Below are positions 9,584 through 17,900 of a stretch of 47,759 bases of DNA, piece by piece. The translations under genes and the position numbers were made by a program. The notes beneath the pieces were generated by a model. That model saw only the letters and a list, made by a program, of their open reading frames with translations. It had not been told where the DNA came from and did no database searches. Origin of the DNA: Actinomycetota bacterium (GTDB taxonomy: Bacteria > Actinomycetota > Acidimicrobiia > Acidimicrobiales > BP-101); assembly GCA_030838265.1 (NCBI GenBank), contig JAUTXA010000070.1, positions 1 to 47,759 of the forward strand, written 5' to 3'. How positions within the stretch are numbered: position 1 is the first letter of the stretch; each line of letters opens with the position of its first letter.

Positions 9584-9910
9584 CTAGAAGGCCAGGACGC
9601 CGAGGGTGAACATGACCGCGACGTAGACGGCGGCAGCCAGGATGATCCCGGTGACGAAGAAGCGGCGGAGGACCTTGTTGTCGAACTTGAGGTGCATGAA
9701 GAACATGGCGACCAAGGCGAACTTGGTGGCGGCCAGCACCAGCAACAACGGGTTGGCGGCGCTGCCCAAGCGGTGGGCGTATGAGACCGCCACCTCGATG
9801 GCGGTCAGCACGCCGAGGACGAGGGCGATGATGATGTAGCGGCTCTCGCTGGGGTGGGCGCCATGCTCGCCCGCGCCGTGGACGACCTCGGTGGTTTCGG
9901 TGGTCGTCAA
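9584..9910 (-). CDS. small cytochrome c oxidase subunit IV (prokaryotic COX4 family)
   Basis: C-terminal 108 aa of track ORF 9584..10672. TTG at 9910 overlaps the ctaE TGA (TTGA). Three TM helices and the FFMHLKFD motif. Confidence 0.7.
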   Translation of the reverse strand: MTTTETTEVVHGAGEHGAHPSESRYIIIALVLGVLTAIEVAVSYAHRLGSAANPLLLVLAATKFALVAMFFMHLKFDNKVLRRFFVTGIILAAAVYVAVMFTLGVLAF

Positions 9911-10554
9911 TGGACGTACCCGTGCGTCGGTGATGGGATGAGGTACACGACGGTGAAGAGGATGATCCAGACGACGTCGACGAAGTGCCAGTAAAGGCCC
10001 GCGATCTCGACGACCTCTGACTTCTCCTGCGGGAGCTTGCCGCGGATCGACAGGCTCCAGAGCGACAGCAGCATGACGATGCCGAGGGTGACGTGGACCC
10101 CATGGAAGCCGGTCAACACGAAGAAGCTGCTGCCGAACAGGTTGGTCTTGATGGTCAGCCCCTCGCGGATGAACGAGGTGAACTCGTAGACCTGTCCGGC
10201 AATGAACGACGAGCCCAGGAGGGCGGTCGCGAGGATCCACAACCGGAAGCGGCGGTGGTCGCCCCGCTGGATGGCGGCGAGGGCCAGCACCATGGTGAGC
10301 GAGCTCATGAGCAGCACGAACGAGCTCACTGAGGTGTAGGGGATGTTGTAGATGTCCTTCGGGTACGGGGGCACGACGCTGCGGCCCCGGTACAGGAAGT
10401 AGGTCGAGATCAGGGCCCCGAACAGGAGGCACTCGGACCCGAGGAAGGCCCACATGGCCATCTTCTCGTTGGAGACGCCCGTGTTGGTGACGTGACCGTG
10501 TTCGGGCCCAGGCGCGGCGTGCTCGTCGACGACGGTGGAGGCGTGCTCGGACAT
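9907..10554 (-). CDS. ctaE: cytochrome c oxidase subunit III
   Basis: 215 aa and 5 TM helices. Motifs FFVLTGFHGVHVTLG and GLYWHFVDVVW. GGAGGGGGAG RBS lies inside the ctaD 3' end. Confidence 0.9.
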   Translation of the reverse strand: MSEHASTVVDEHAAPGPEHGHVTNTGVSNEKMAMWAFLGSECLLFGALISTYFLYRGRSVVPPYPKDIYNIPYTSVSSFVLLMSSLTMVLALAAIQRGDHRRFRLWILATALLGSSFIAGQVYEFTSFIREGLTIKTNLFGSSFFVLTGFHGVHVTLGIVMLLSLWSLSIRGKLPQEKSEVVEIAGLYWHFVDVVWIILFTVVYLIPSPTHGYVH

Positions 10555-10556
10555 CG

Positions 10557-12593
10557 CTACTCCCCCTCCTGGCTCGGAGTGGCGTCGGTCGCCGTCGGTT
10601 CGGCCGGCTCGGCGTCGGGCCCGGGGCCCGCACCGAGAGCAGGTGCGGTCGCGCCGACCAGCTCGGCGGCATCGGCCGGGCCGTGATCGTCGTCAGGGTC
10701 GTGGGGCTCAGCCGAGGGTTCGAGGGCCCAGGCGTAGAGGCCGCCGAGGAGCCAGACGGCTCCGAAGATCGCCACCAGCCACACCCGGTAGGTCATGCCG
10801 TACGCCATGATCGGCAGGCCGGTAGCCGCCACCAGTGGGAAGTACGAGGGCGACGGCAGGTGGATGCTGTGGGGGTCGATGTCGCTGGGCGGCGCCTCGC
10901 TCACGGACAGCTTCACCAGGCGACCGCTGTCGTCCTCGGTGTACTTCTGATGCCAGAAGTCGTCGAGGGAGTGGACGACGGGAACCTCGAGGAAGTTGTA
11001 ATCGGGGACGGGCGACGGGAGGGTCCACTCGAGGGTGCGGCCGTCCCACGGGTCATTCGGCGCGCCGACGGGTTGGCGCCGGGTGACGACCAGAGCGTTG
11101 TAGAGGAAGACGAGGACCGAGACCATGATGATGAAGGCGCCGATGGTCGACATCATGTTGAGCCAACCGACCCCGAGGGCCTTGTCGTAGGTGTAGATGC
11201 GCCGGGGCATCCCCTGTAGGCCGATGAGGTGCATGGGGCCGAAGGTGAGGTTGAAGCCGATGAACCACAGCCAGAAGTGGATCTTGCCCAGCCCCTCGTC
11301 GAGCAGACGGCCGAAGACCTTGGGGTACCAGTAGTAGGTGCCGCCCATGATCCCGAACAGAGCGCCGCCGAACAGGACGTAATGGAAGTGGGCCACCACG
11401 TAGTAGGTGTCGGTCTGCTGGCGGTCGTGGGGGGAGACAGCGTGGGTGACGCCCGAGAGGCCGCCAATGGTGAACATGGCCACGAACCCGACCGCGAACA
11501 GCATGGCCGTCGTGAACTTGATCGAGCCGCCCCACATGGTGCCGATCCAGTTGAAGATCTTCACCCCCGTGGGCACGGCGATGAACATGGTCGAGATCGA
11601 GAAGGCCGAGACGGCAACAGGGCCGAGGCCGGTGGCGAACATGTGGTGCACCCACACGCCCCATCCCATGAAGCCGATGGCCACGCCCGAGATCACCATG
11701 ACCGGATACCCGAACAACGGCTTTCGGGAGAACACGGGGAGGATCTCCGAGACCATGCCCATGGCTGGCAGGATGAGGATGTACACCTCTGGGTGACCGA
11801 AGAGCCAGAACAGGTGCTGCCACAGCAACGGGTCACCGCCCGCCGCTGGGTTGAAGAAGTTGGCCCCGAAGAGACGGTCGAACATCAGCAGGAACAGGGC
11901 CACGGTGATGATCGGCATGGCGAACATCATCAGGAATGATGTGACAAGGGCCATCCAGATGAAGATCGGCATCTTCATCAACGTCATGCCCGGGGCCCGC
12001 ATGTTGAGGATGGTGATGATGAAGTTGATCGAGCCGACCGTCGAGGCGATGCCGAGGATCTGCAGCCCAAAGACCCAGAAGTCGATGTTGTGGCCGGGCG
12101 AGAAGGTGATGCTGGTGTTCGGGGCGTAGCCGAACCACCCACCGTTCGGTGCCCCGCCCAGGACGAAGCTCGAGTTGATGAACAAGGCGCCGCAGAGGAA
12201 AGTCCAGTAGCTGAATGCGTTCAGCCGAGGGAAGGCGACGTCGCGAGCGCCGATCATCAGCGGGATCAGGTAGTTGAAGAAGGCCGTGGTGATCGGCATG
12301 ACGACGAGGAAGATCATCGTCGTGCCGTGCATGGTGAAGACCTGGTTGTAGGCGTCGGCGGAAAGGATGGTGCCGTTGGGCTGGGCCAGCTGCAGCCGGA
12401 TGAGCAGGGCCTCGGAGCCGCCCACGAGGAAGAAGATGAAGGCGGTGACGCCGTAGAGGATGCCGATCTTCTTGTGGTCGACGGTCGTGACCCAGCCCCA
12501 GAACCCGGTTGTCGCCTTGGGCCGGCGCATGAGAGCCGGCTCGCGGGGCACGGGTGTCGCTTCGATGGTGGTGGGCTCGAGGACGGTTGCCAT
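10557..12593 (-). CDS. ctaD: cytochrome c oxidase subunit I (A-type), with a C-terminal two-TM and acidic tail extension
   Basis: All canonical ligand motifs present: TMHGTTMIF, WLFGHPEVYILILP, VWVHHMFATG, VAHFHYVLFGG, GMPRR. ATG start with GGAG RBS. Confidence 0.95.
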   Translation of the reverse strand: MATVLEPTTIEATPVPREPALMRRPKATTGFWGWVTTVDHKKIGILYGVTAFIFFLVGGSEALLIRLQLAQPNGTILSADAYNQVFTMHGTTMIFLVVMPITTAFFNYLIPLMIGARDVAFPRLNAFSYWTFLCGALFINSSFVLGGAPNGGWFGYAPNTSITFSPGHNIDFWVFGLQILGIASTVGSINFIITILNMRAPGMTLMKMPIFIWMALVTSFLMMFAMPIITVALFLLMFDRLFGANFFNPAAGGDPLLWQHLFWLFGHPEVYILILPAMGMVSEILPVFSRKPLFGYPVMVISGVAIGFMGWGVWVHHMFATGLGPVAVSAFSISTMFIAVPTGVKIFNWIGTMWGGSIKFTTAMLFAVGFVAMFTIGGLSGVTHAVSPHDRQQTDTYYVVAHFHYVLFGGALFGIMGGTYYWYPKVFGRLLDEGLGKIHFWLWFIGFNLTFGPMHLIGLQGMPRRIYTYDKALGVGWLNMMSTIGAFIIMVSVLVFLYNALVVTRRQPVGAPNDPWDGRTLEWTLPSPVPDYNFLEVPVVHSLDDFWHQKYTEDDSGRLVKLSVSEAPPSDIDPHSIHLPSPSYFPLVAATGLPIMAYGMTYRVWLVAIFGAVWLLGGLYAWALEPSAEPHDPDDDHGPADAAELVGATAPALGAGPGPDAEPAEPTATDATPSQEGE

Positions 12594-12610
12594 TCAGCGT
12601 TCTCCGTACA

Positions 12611-13651
12611 TCACTTGAGGCTGTCGAGGTAGGCGATGAGCTTGGTGATCTCGTCCTCGCTCAGGTGCAGATTCGGCATGCCCAGCCCCTTGTTGGGGTT
12701 CATCGGCTTCATGGCGGGCGGGTTGCGCAGCCACTTGCGGAGCATCTCGTCGTTGTTGTCGAAGATGTAACCGGCGAAGCGCGCTCGGGAGTTGAAATGG
12801 GTCAGGTTCGGGCCTACGAGACCGGCACTGTACCCGTCGACCGTGTGGCAGCCGCTGCAGCCCTTGGACCGGAACAGGGCGGCCCCGGCGGCGGCGTCAC
12901 CCGTCACCGGGAGAGCGGCTGCCGTGGTCTGGTCGGCCACCCATGTGTCGAAGTCGGCCTGGCTGTCGGCAATCACCCGAAGGCGCATGTTGGCGTGCGA
13001 CAGCCCGCAGAACTCGGCGCATTGGCCGAAGAAGTTCCCGGGGGCGTCGGCCTCGATGACCATGTGATTGGTGCGGCCGGGGATGACGTCGACCTTGCCC
13101 GCCAGCTTCGGAGGCCAGAAGGAGTGGATGACGTCGGTCGAGGTCATCTTGATGGCGACCTTCTTGCCCGCCGGGATGTGCAGCTCGTTGGCCGTGGTGA
13201 TCTTGTACTGGGGATACTTGAACTCCCACCACCACTGGTGGCCGATCACGTCGACCTGGACGACGTCGGGTCCCTTGGGCTGCTGGTCGAGGAAGAACAG
13301 GTTGGCCAGGGTGAAGATGCCGACGCCGAGCAGGAGGACGGCGGGGACGACCGTCCAGGTCAGCTCGAGCTTGGCGCTGCCGTGGACCTGCACCGGCGCC
13401 TCGTCGTCGGAGCGACGGCGGAAGCGGATGGCGGCGTAGATGACGAGGCCCTGCACCAGGACGAAGAAGAAGGCGGCGATGAGGAAGACGGGGTTGATCA
13501 GGTGCTCGAGCCGCCGGGCAATCGGTCCCTGAGGATGGCTGAGCACGTCCTGAGGCATCGTCTCCCGGGCGCAGCCCGTGGCGAGGAGCAACAGGGCGAG
13601 CACGGCGGCGCCGAGCCGGGCGCGGCGCGCGGGCGTGGGGGACAACCTCAT
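12611..13651 (-). CDS. ctaC: cytochrome c oxidase subunit II with fused C-terminal cytochrome c domain (caa3 type), lipoprotein
   Basis: C-terminal 346 aa of track ORF 12611..14407. Lipobox LLATGC. CuA motif HSFW...CAEFCGLSHANM. Heme c motif CSGCH. The ATG overlaps the stop of the upstream cupredoxin gene. Confidence 0.9.
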   Translation of the reverse strand: MRLSPTPARRARLGAAVLALLLLATGCARETMPQDVLSHPQGPIARRLEHLINPVFLIAAFFFVLVQGLVIYAAIRFRRRSDDEAPVQVHGSAKLELTWTVVPAVLLLGVGIFTLANLFFLDQQPKGPDVVQVDVIGHQWWWEFKYPQYKITTANELHIPAGKKVAIKMTSTDVIHSFWPPKLAGKVDVIPGRTNHMVIEADAPGNFFGQCAEFCGLSHANMRLRVIADSQADFDTWVADQTTAAALPVTGDAAAGAALFRSKGCSGCHTVDGYSAGLVGPNLTHFNSRARFAGYIFDNNDEMLRKWLRNPPAMKPMNPNKGLGMPNLHLSEDEITKLIAYLDSLK

Positions 13652-14655
13652 CGGATGACGAACTCGCCCTTCATCGAGGAGTGGAAGTCGCAGACGTACA
13701 CGTAGGTGCCGGGACCAGGCGTGGTGAAGCGATACACCGCCCGGCCGTGGTCGATGGGCCGGCCGTTGAAGATGGGCTTCCCCTTGGTGTCCTGGCTCGT
13801 GTACACGGCCCAGTTGTGGAATGTGCCGGTGTCCTTGTTGGTGAAGTCGACCTCGACCTGCTCGTCGGCGGCGAAGGTGATCACGGCGTCGCTGGGCACC
13901 ACGAAGGCCGTGTTCAGAGCGACGACATCCTGCTCCGGGGTCTCGACCTTGTGCTCGTTGACGATCTTGCGCTCGCCGGCGGCGGCGAAGCTCACTCCGG
14001 CCACGGCCACCACGACGAAGGCGGCGGCCGCGAAGCCCGTCAACGCCGCGGAGGTGAGGCGGGGTCGAGCCGCGATCACAAAGAAGGTGGTGAGGACCAG
14101 CGCGCCCACAACGATGAACGTCACCGTGGCGGCCTGTTCGGGGATGTGGAGCAGGACGCGGGAGACGCCGATGGCGATGAAGGCGGCGACGAGGAAGGCG
14201 CCGACCGGGAGGGCGACGGGGGCCACCAGGCGGTTGCCCACCGCAGCGCTGTTCCGAGGGGTGAAGCTGTGGTGCTCCCGCCAGGCCTGACCTGTCCAGC
14301 CCAGACCGGCGATGAAGGCGATGATGAGCCCGGCGATCAGGGCCGGAGCACCAACGACCGTCGTCACAGCCAGCACGGCGGCCGAGGCGGCGAGGACAAG
14401 GGGCCACGGGCTGGCGCCGGCCGCCGCGGTCGGAGACACCGGGCGACGGTCGGGGGGCGCATCGGCGGTGACGTAGGGCTCGAGGTCCTGGCCCGCCGTC
14501 GCCGTCACGGCCAAGGCGATCACCAGAGCACCGAGGGCCAGACCGAAGAAGATCAGCTCACCCTGTCGGTCGCCAGTCGTCGCCCGGTAGCCCAGGGCGG
14601 TCGCCAAAGCGAAGCCGGCGAGGGCGAAGTAGAGCTTGCTGGCGAGGCTGAACAA
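13648..14655 (-). CDS. polytopic (about 7 TM) membrane protein with C-terminal type-1 (blue) copper cupredoxin domain
   Basis: C-terminal 335 aa of track ORF 13648..15261. TTG at 14655 is preceded by GGGAG at 7 nt. Amicyanin/halocyanin-like ligand pattern FHNW ... YVCDFHSSMKGEFVI (H280, C322, H325, M328, numbered from the TTG). Confidence 0.7.
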   Translation of the reverse strand: MFSLASKLYFALAGFALATALGYRATTGDRQGELIFFGLALGALVIALAVTATAGQDLEPYVTADAPPDRRPVSPTAAAGASPWPLVLAASAAVLAVTTVVGAPALIAGLIIAFIAGLGWTGQAWREHHSFTPRNSAAVGNRLVAPVALPVGAFLVAAFIAIGVSRVLLHIPEQAATVTFIVVGALVLTTFFVIAARPRLTSAALTGFAAAAFVVVAVAGVSFAAAGERKIVNEHKVETPEQDVVALNTAFVVPSDAVITFAADEQVEVDFTNKDTGTFHNWAVYTSQDTKGKPIFNGRPIDHGRAVYRFTTPGPGTYVYVCDFHSSMKGEFVIR

Positions 14656-14666
14656 GGACCGGCTCC

Positions 14667-15251
14667 CTACTTGTGCTGGAAGACGTAGAGGGCGAAGAAG
14701 GCGAGGACGAAGCTGGCCACGACGAAGTGCCAATACCACGTGGCGGCCCGAGCCAGCTCGGGGTCGCCCGTCGTGACCTGATGGGCCAGCGTGCGGCTCA
14801 AGGCCACCACGATGACGATGAGGCCGATGAAGATGTGCACGCCCATGGCGATGAGCAGGGCCCAGAACATCGTCCCGTAGGCATGGGTCGCGGGGCCGAA
14901 GCCGAGGCGGTTGCCCACGTACCAGACGAGGTTGAGTGACGAGAGGGCGAACACGATCGTCAGCACCGAGCCCGTGATCGACTGGCTGCGGTTGCCCTTC
15001 GCCAGCGAGAACGCCGCCCACTCGGCCGTGAAGGCCGACATGAGCATGGTGACGACGAGCATGCTGCCCGGGTAGTTGTCGAGCTTGACGCCCTTCGGCG
15101 GCCACGTCTTGGCCAGGGCCCGGGCATCGAAGTAGACGGCGAACAGAGCGACGAAGGCGACCAGGCTTGCCGCGCCCAGGAGCAACATGGCCAGGTTCAC
15201 CAGGTTCCGGGGGCGATCGTGGCCGGCTGCCGGCAGCGCCAGCTGCGACAT
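14667..15251 (-). CDS. heme-copper oxidase subunit III-like paralog
   Basis: C-terminal 194 aa of track ORF 14667..15740. The ATG overlaps the stop of the upstream gene (ATGA). Five TM helices. Matches the CtaE in this window: FWALLIAMGVHIFIG versus FFVLTGFHGVHVTLG, and ATWYWHFVVASF versus GLYWHFVDVVW. Confidence 0.75.
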   Translation of the reverse strand: MSQLALPAAGHDRPRNLVNLAMLLLGAASLVAFVALFAVYFDARALAKTWPPKGVKLDNYPGSMLVVTMLMSAFTAEWAAFSLAKGNRSQSITGSVLTIVFALSSLNLVWYVGNRLGFGPATHAYGTMFWALLIAMGVHIFIGLIVIVVALSRTLAHQVTTGDPELARAATWYWHFVVASFVLAFFALYVFQHK

Positions 15252-16888
15252 CAGGCGGCACCTCCCGTCGGGGCCGAGCGCACGTCGAGCAGCGGTGTCT
15301 CCGACCGCACCTCGGGAATGAAGTCGAAGTTGTGGGCGGGCGGCGGCGACGAGGTTGCCCATTCGAGGGTCAGTCCCTCCCACGGGTCGTCCTCCGCGAC
15401 CTCGCCCCGGCCCATGGCCACGCTCGTCAGCAGGTTGACGAGGAAGAGCAGGGCTCCCACCGCGACGAGCACGCCACCCGCCGACGCCAGTCTCTCGAGG
15501 TTCACCCAGCCGCCCTTGGGCCCGGTGTCGGCCACGTGCCAGGGGGCGCCGTCGTAGCCCAGCAGGTAGGAGGCCAGACCCATGATCAGGAACCCGCCGA
15601 CGAGGGCCAAGGCCTGGAGGATGCCGATGCCCTGGTTGAGGTGGCGGCCCCAGAGCTTGGGGGCCCAGTGGTAGACGGCGGCGAAGGCCAACAAGGTGGG
15701 GGCGCCGAAGATGACCACGTGGAGGTGGCCGGTCGACCACGCCGTGCCGCCGTCGACCTTATTGATGGCGGCGACGGCAACGTTGGCCGCCCCGAAAAGG
15801 AGGAGAGCCAGGGCACACGCGACGTAGACGAGCGTGACGTGCAGCCGCACATCGCCGAAGCGCAGGGTGCCGAGCCAGACCAGTGCGATCACCGCCACCG
15901 GGAGCGCGACCAGGCCGGTGAGGCCGGAGTAGGTCGGCAGGACAACCGAGCTCTGGACGGACATGCCGGCCGCCAACGACCCCAGCGAGAGCACGGCGAA
16001 GGCGGCGATCGAGATGCGCACCGGCATCGAGGCCAACAGGCCACGCCGGGCGTGGGTCGTGACGATGTCGCTGGCCGCCCCGAGGGCCGGGAGCAGCAGC
16101 AAGAAGGCGTCGGGCCGCCCGAACAGCCAAAGCGTGTGCTGCCACGTGATCTGGGCGACCGGGTTGGTCGGGGCGAAGAACGATCCGCCGAAGTGCTGGT
16201 CGAGGTAGAGAAGGAGGAGCCCGGCCACGAACACCGGCGTGGTCAGGAGGCTGATGGTCGCCGTCCACAGGGTCGCCCACGTGAACAGGGGCAGGCGGCC
16301 GAACGTCATGCCTTCGGTGCGGAGCAAGGCGATGGTCACGATCAGGTTCGCCGAGGCCAGCAACGTGGCGATGGCGAGGATGATCAGCCCGGCGATCAGG
16401 AGGTTGGTGCCGTGGTTGGCCGGCCCCTGGGCGGTGATCGGAGTGCTGAGACCCAAGCCCATCCCGGCCGGCCGGTCGACGATGTAGGCGGCGACGACCA
16501 CGCCGCCGCCGGCCAGGAACGACCAAAAGGCGGCCGCCTGGAGGCGAGGCAGAGCCAGGCGGGGAGCCCCGATCTGCAACGGGACGAGATAGGTGGCCAG
16601 CCCGAGCCAGAGCGGCGAGAGGAAGAGCATGGTCATGACCGTGGCGTGCATCGACAGGATGCGGCCGTAGTCGTTGCCCACGATCTGGACGCCCTGCCCG
16701 GCCAGCTCGATGCGCATGACCACGCCAAGGGTCACGCCGACCAGCAGGAACACGATCGAGGCCCCCAGGTAGAGGAGGCCAACCCGCTTGTGGTCAGCGG
16801 TCGTCAGCCAGTTGCCACGGGCCACCGACTGGGGTGCACCGGGCGCCTGGTTCTCGATGTGGTCGGGACGCGTCTCGGTGAGCGTCAT
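15251..16888 (-). CDS. heme-copper oxidase subunit I-like paralog lacking the CuB ligands
   Basis: 545-aa, 12-TM ORF with ATG and AGGAAGG RBS. Aligns by eye with CtaD along its length (WLTTADHKRVGLLY, SMHATVM, WQHTLWLFGRPDAFLLLLP, GHLHVVIFG, DPWEGLTLEW). The canonical HPEVY is RPDAF, and no HH pair is present in helix VII. Confidence 0.8.
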   Translation of the reverse strand: MTLTETRPDHIENQAPGAPQSVARGNWLTTADHKRVGLLYLGASIVFLLVGVTLGVVMRIELAGQGVQIVGNDYGRILSMHATVMTMLFLSPLWLGLATYLVPLQIGAPRLALPRLQAAAFWSFLAGGGVVVAAYIVDRPAGMGLGLSTPITAQGPANHGTNLLIAGLIILAIATLLASANLIVTIALLRTEGMTFGRLPLFTWATLWTATISLLTTPVFVAGLLLLYLDQHFGGSFFAPTNPVAQITWQHTLWLFGRPDAFLLLLPALGAASDIVTTHARRGLLASMPVRISIAAFAVLSLGSLAAGMSVQSSVVLPTYSGLTGLVALPVAVIALVWLGTLRFGDVRLHVTLVYVACALALLLFGAANVAVAAINKVDGGTAWSTGHLHVVIFGAPTLLAFAAVYHWAPKLWGRHLNQGIGILQALALVGGFLIMGLASYLLGYDGAPWHVADTGPKGGWVNLERLASAGGVLVAVGALLFLVNLLTSVAMGRGEVAEDDPWEGLTLEWATSSPPPAHNFDFIPEVRSETPLLDVRSAPTGGAA

Positions 16889-16965
16889 CGGCCTTCCTGA
16901 AGAGGCGGACAGGGCGGCAGCACTCTAGACACCACCGGCGCTCGGTTTCGACTTCGCTCCGTGCC

Positions 16966-17853
16966 TCATCGGACGAGCTGGTCGACAGCCATGGCCGCGA
17001 AGAGCAGGGTCACGTACGAGATGGAGTAGCTGAAGAGGCGCATGGCCTGCTTCGGGGTGGCCGTGCGCTGGAGGCGAACGGCGTACAGGACGAAGATGGC
17101 GCCCAGGATCACAGCCGCTGACGTGTAGATCAGACCCATGCCCGCGATCGGGCTGAAGATCAGCGAGGTGGCCCACAGGATGACCGTGTAGATCACGATC
17201 TGGCGGGCGGTGCGGGCGAAGGTGGCCACCACCGGCAGCATGGGGACCTCGGCCGCCGCGTAGTCCTCGCGGTAGCGGATGGCCAGGGCCCAGAAGTGGG
17301 GCGGCGTCCAGACGAAGATGATGGCGAAGAGCACGAGTGGGGCCAGTGACAGCGAGTTGCGCACCGCGGCCCACCCCACGAGGACCGGTACGGCGCCGGC
17401 GGCGCCGCCGATGACGATGTTGTGGGTGGACGTGCGCTTGAGCCACAGGGTGTAGACGAACACGTAGAAGAGGGTGGCGCTGAGGGCGAGGATGGCGCTG
17501 AGGAAGTTCACGAGCAGCCAGAGCTCAACGAAGGCGGCGATTTCGAGGGCGATGGCGAACACCAACGCCGGTGTCGGCTCGAGTGCACCCGTCACGAGGG
17601 GCCGGCCCTGCGTCCGCTTCATGAGCTTGTCGATGTCGCGATCGACGTACATGTTGATGGCGTTGGCACCGCCCGCCGCGAGGGTGCCCCCGACGAGGGT
17701 GACGAGCATGAGCCACAGCGATGGCAGACCCCGCTTGGCCACGACCATGGTCGGCAGCGTGGTGACGAGCAGAAGCTCGATGATGCGGGGCTTGGTGAGC
17801 GCCACATAGGCCGACAGGCGGCTGGAGATCGCAGGCGCCGCGGTCTGAGACAT
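16966..17853 (-). CDS. ctaB: protoheme IX farnesyltransferase (heme O synthase)
   Basis: 295-aa UbiA-family polytopic protein. Motifs YVALTKPRIIELLLVTT, NMYVDRDIDKLMKRT and WTPPHFWALA. Confidence 0.9.
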   Translation of the reverse strand: MSQTAAPAISSRLSAYVALTKPRIIELLLVTTLPTMVVAKRGLPSLWLMLVTLVGGTLAAGGANAINMYVDRDIDKLMKRTQGRPLVTGALEPTPALVFAIALEIAAFVELWLLVNFLSAILALSATLFYVFVYTLWLKRTSTHNIVIGGAAGAVPVLVGWAAVRNSLSLAPLVLFAIIFVWTPPHFWALAIRYREDYAAAEVPMLPVVATFARTARQIVIYTVILWATSLIFSPIAGMGLIYTSAAVILGAIFVLYAVRLQRTATPKQAMRLFSYSISYVTLLFAAMAVDQLVR

Positions 17854-17900
17854 CGGCGCCGACTCTACGGCTGCCCACCCCCCGGAGCCAAAGCACTCCG

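Noticed and set aside
13648-16888. Possibility that the second oxidase-like gene set is a decaying duplicate (pseudogenes)
   Set aside because: All three ORFs are full length with no internal stops. They have plausible RBS/start signals and stop-start overlaps. They selectively retain the heme-ligand histidines and a complete T1-Cu ligand set. This pattern points to purifying selection for an altered function. Comparative data are still needed to confirm it.
15167-16900. 577-aa plus-strand ORF opposite the subunit I-like gene
   Set aside because: It is the antisense shadow of a membrane-protein gene. It is highly charged and low-complexity (runs of R, G, E, D, H). The minus-strand frame has clear homology to CtaD and an RBS.
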